A stretch of 64,000 bases of DNA from the human T2T-CHM13v2.0 reference genome, Homo sapiens. The notes under the pieces are model-generated. The model was given only the letters and a program-made list of their open reading frames with translations, did no database searches and was not told the origin of the DNA. The stretch lies in NCBI RefSeq assembly GCF_009914755.1, contig NC_060936.1, one strand, 5' to 3'. Within the stretch, counting starts at the first letter, position 1. The number at the start of each line of letters is the position of its first letter. Of the stretch, positions 63,351-64,000 are shown in pieces. The position numbers and the translations under genes were made by a program.

Positions 63351-63479
63351 TGATTTCATCTAATCTTCTCAAATATTCTATGAATAAATACTATTATCAT
63401 TCCCATTTTTCAAATGGAAAAGCTGAGACAGAGAAAGGTTAAATAACTTTCCCAATGACAGAGAGGAAGTCTGACTTCA

Positions 63480-63804
<325 letters not shown>

Positions 63805-64000
63805 CTATGCTATAGTACCTCTCAAGAGACGAGATAATAGCACAAGTTACTCAGTGTTTAACTTATTGTGGAATAACACTGTGACAGGGAAGCTCAAGAG
63901 ACATTGAGATGAATTACCAGGAATTCTGTGCAATTTATCTTAGGAGATCCTTAAGATAGGATGAGTTCTTATTTTCCCGAGAGATTTCATATATGGGTTG

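Overview
Human (primate) genomic DNA: an internal 64-kb stretch of NR1H4 (FXR, the bile-acid nuclear receptor) on the + strand. The window starts inside the first intron and ends inside the intron after the exon encoding ...EERIRNSG; the first exon and the last LBD exons lie outside it. It contains a 5'UTR exon, both alternative N-terminal coding exons (MGSKMNL... and MVMQFQG...), the two DNA-binding-domain exons with the 12-nt MYTG alternative donor, the hinge exon and three LBD exons. All have GT-AG boundaries and matching phases. The introns are mostly Alu, L1, MIR/L2, MaLR LTR and MER repeats. Signals not explained by ordinary annotation: (1) an antisense processed MARK2-like retrocopy whose kinase N-lobe start is joined in frame to the C-terminal KA1 end; (2) a 269-bp, 2-mismatch templated duplication 32,230 bp apart that made a chimeric Alu; (3) two tandem Alus inside a single TSD; (4) a human-specific AluYb8 in the MYTG-regulated intron; (5) a perfect DR5 element; (6) a tiny 5'-inverted L1PA insertion. 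Family and gene identities come from recall of consensus and protein sequences, not from database searches. Repeat boundaries are approximate unless a TSD is given.
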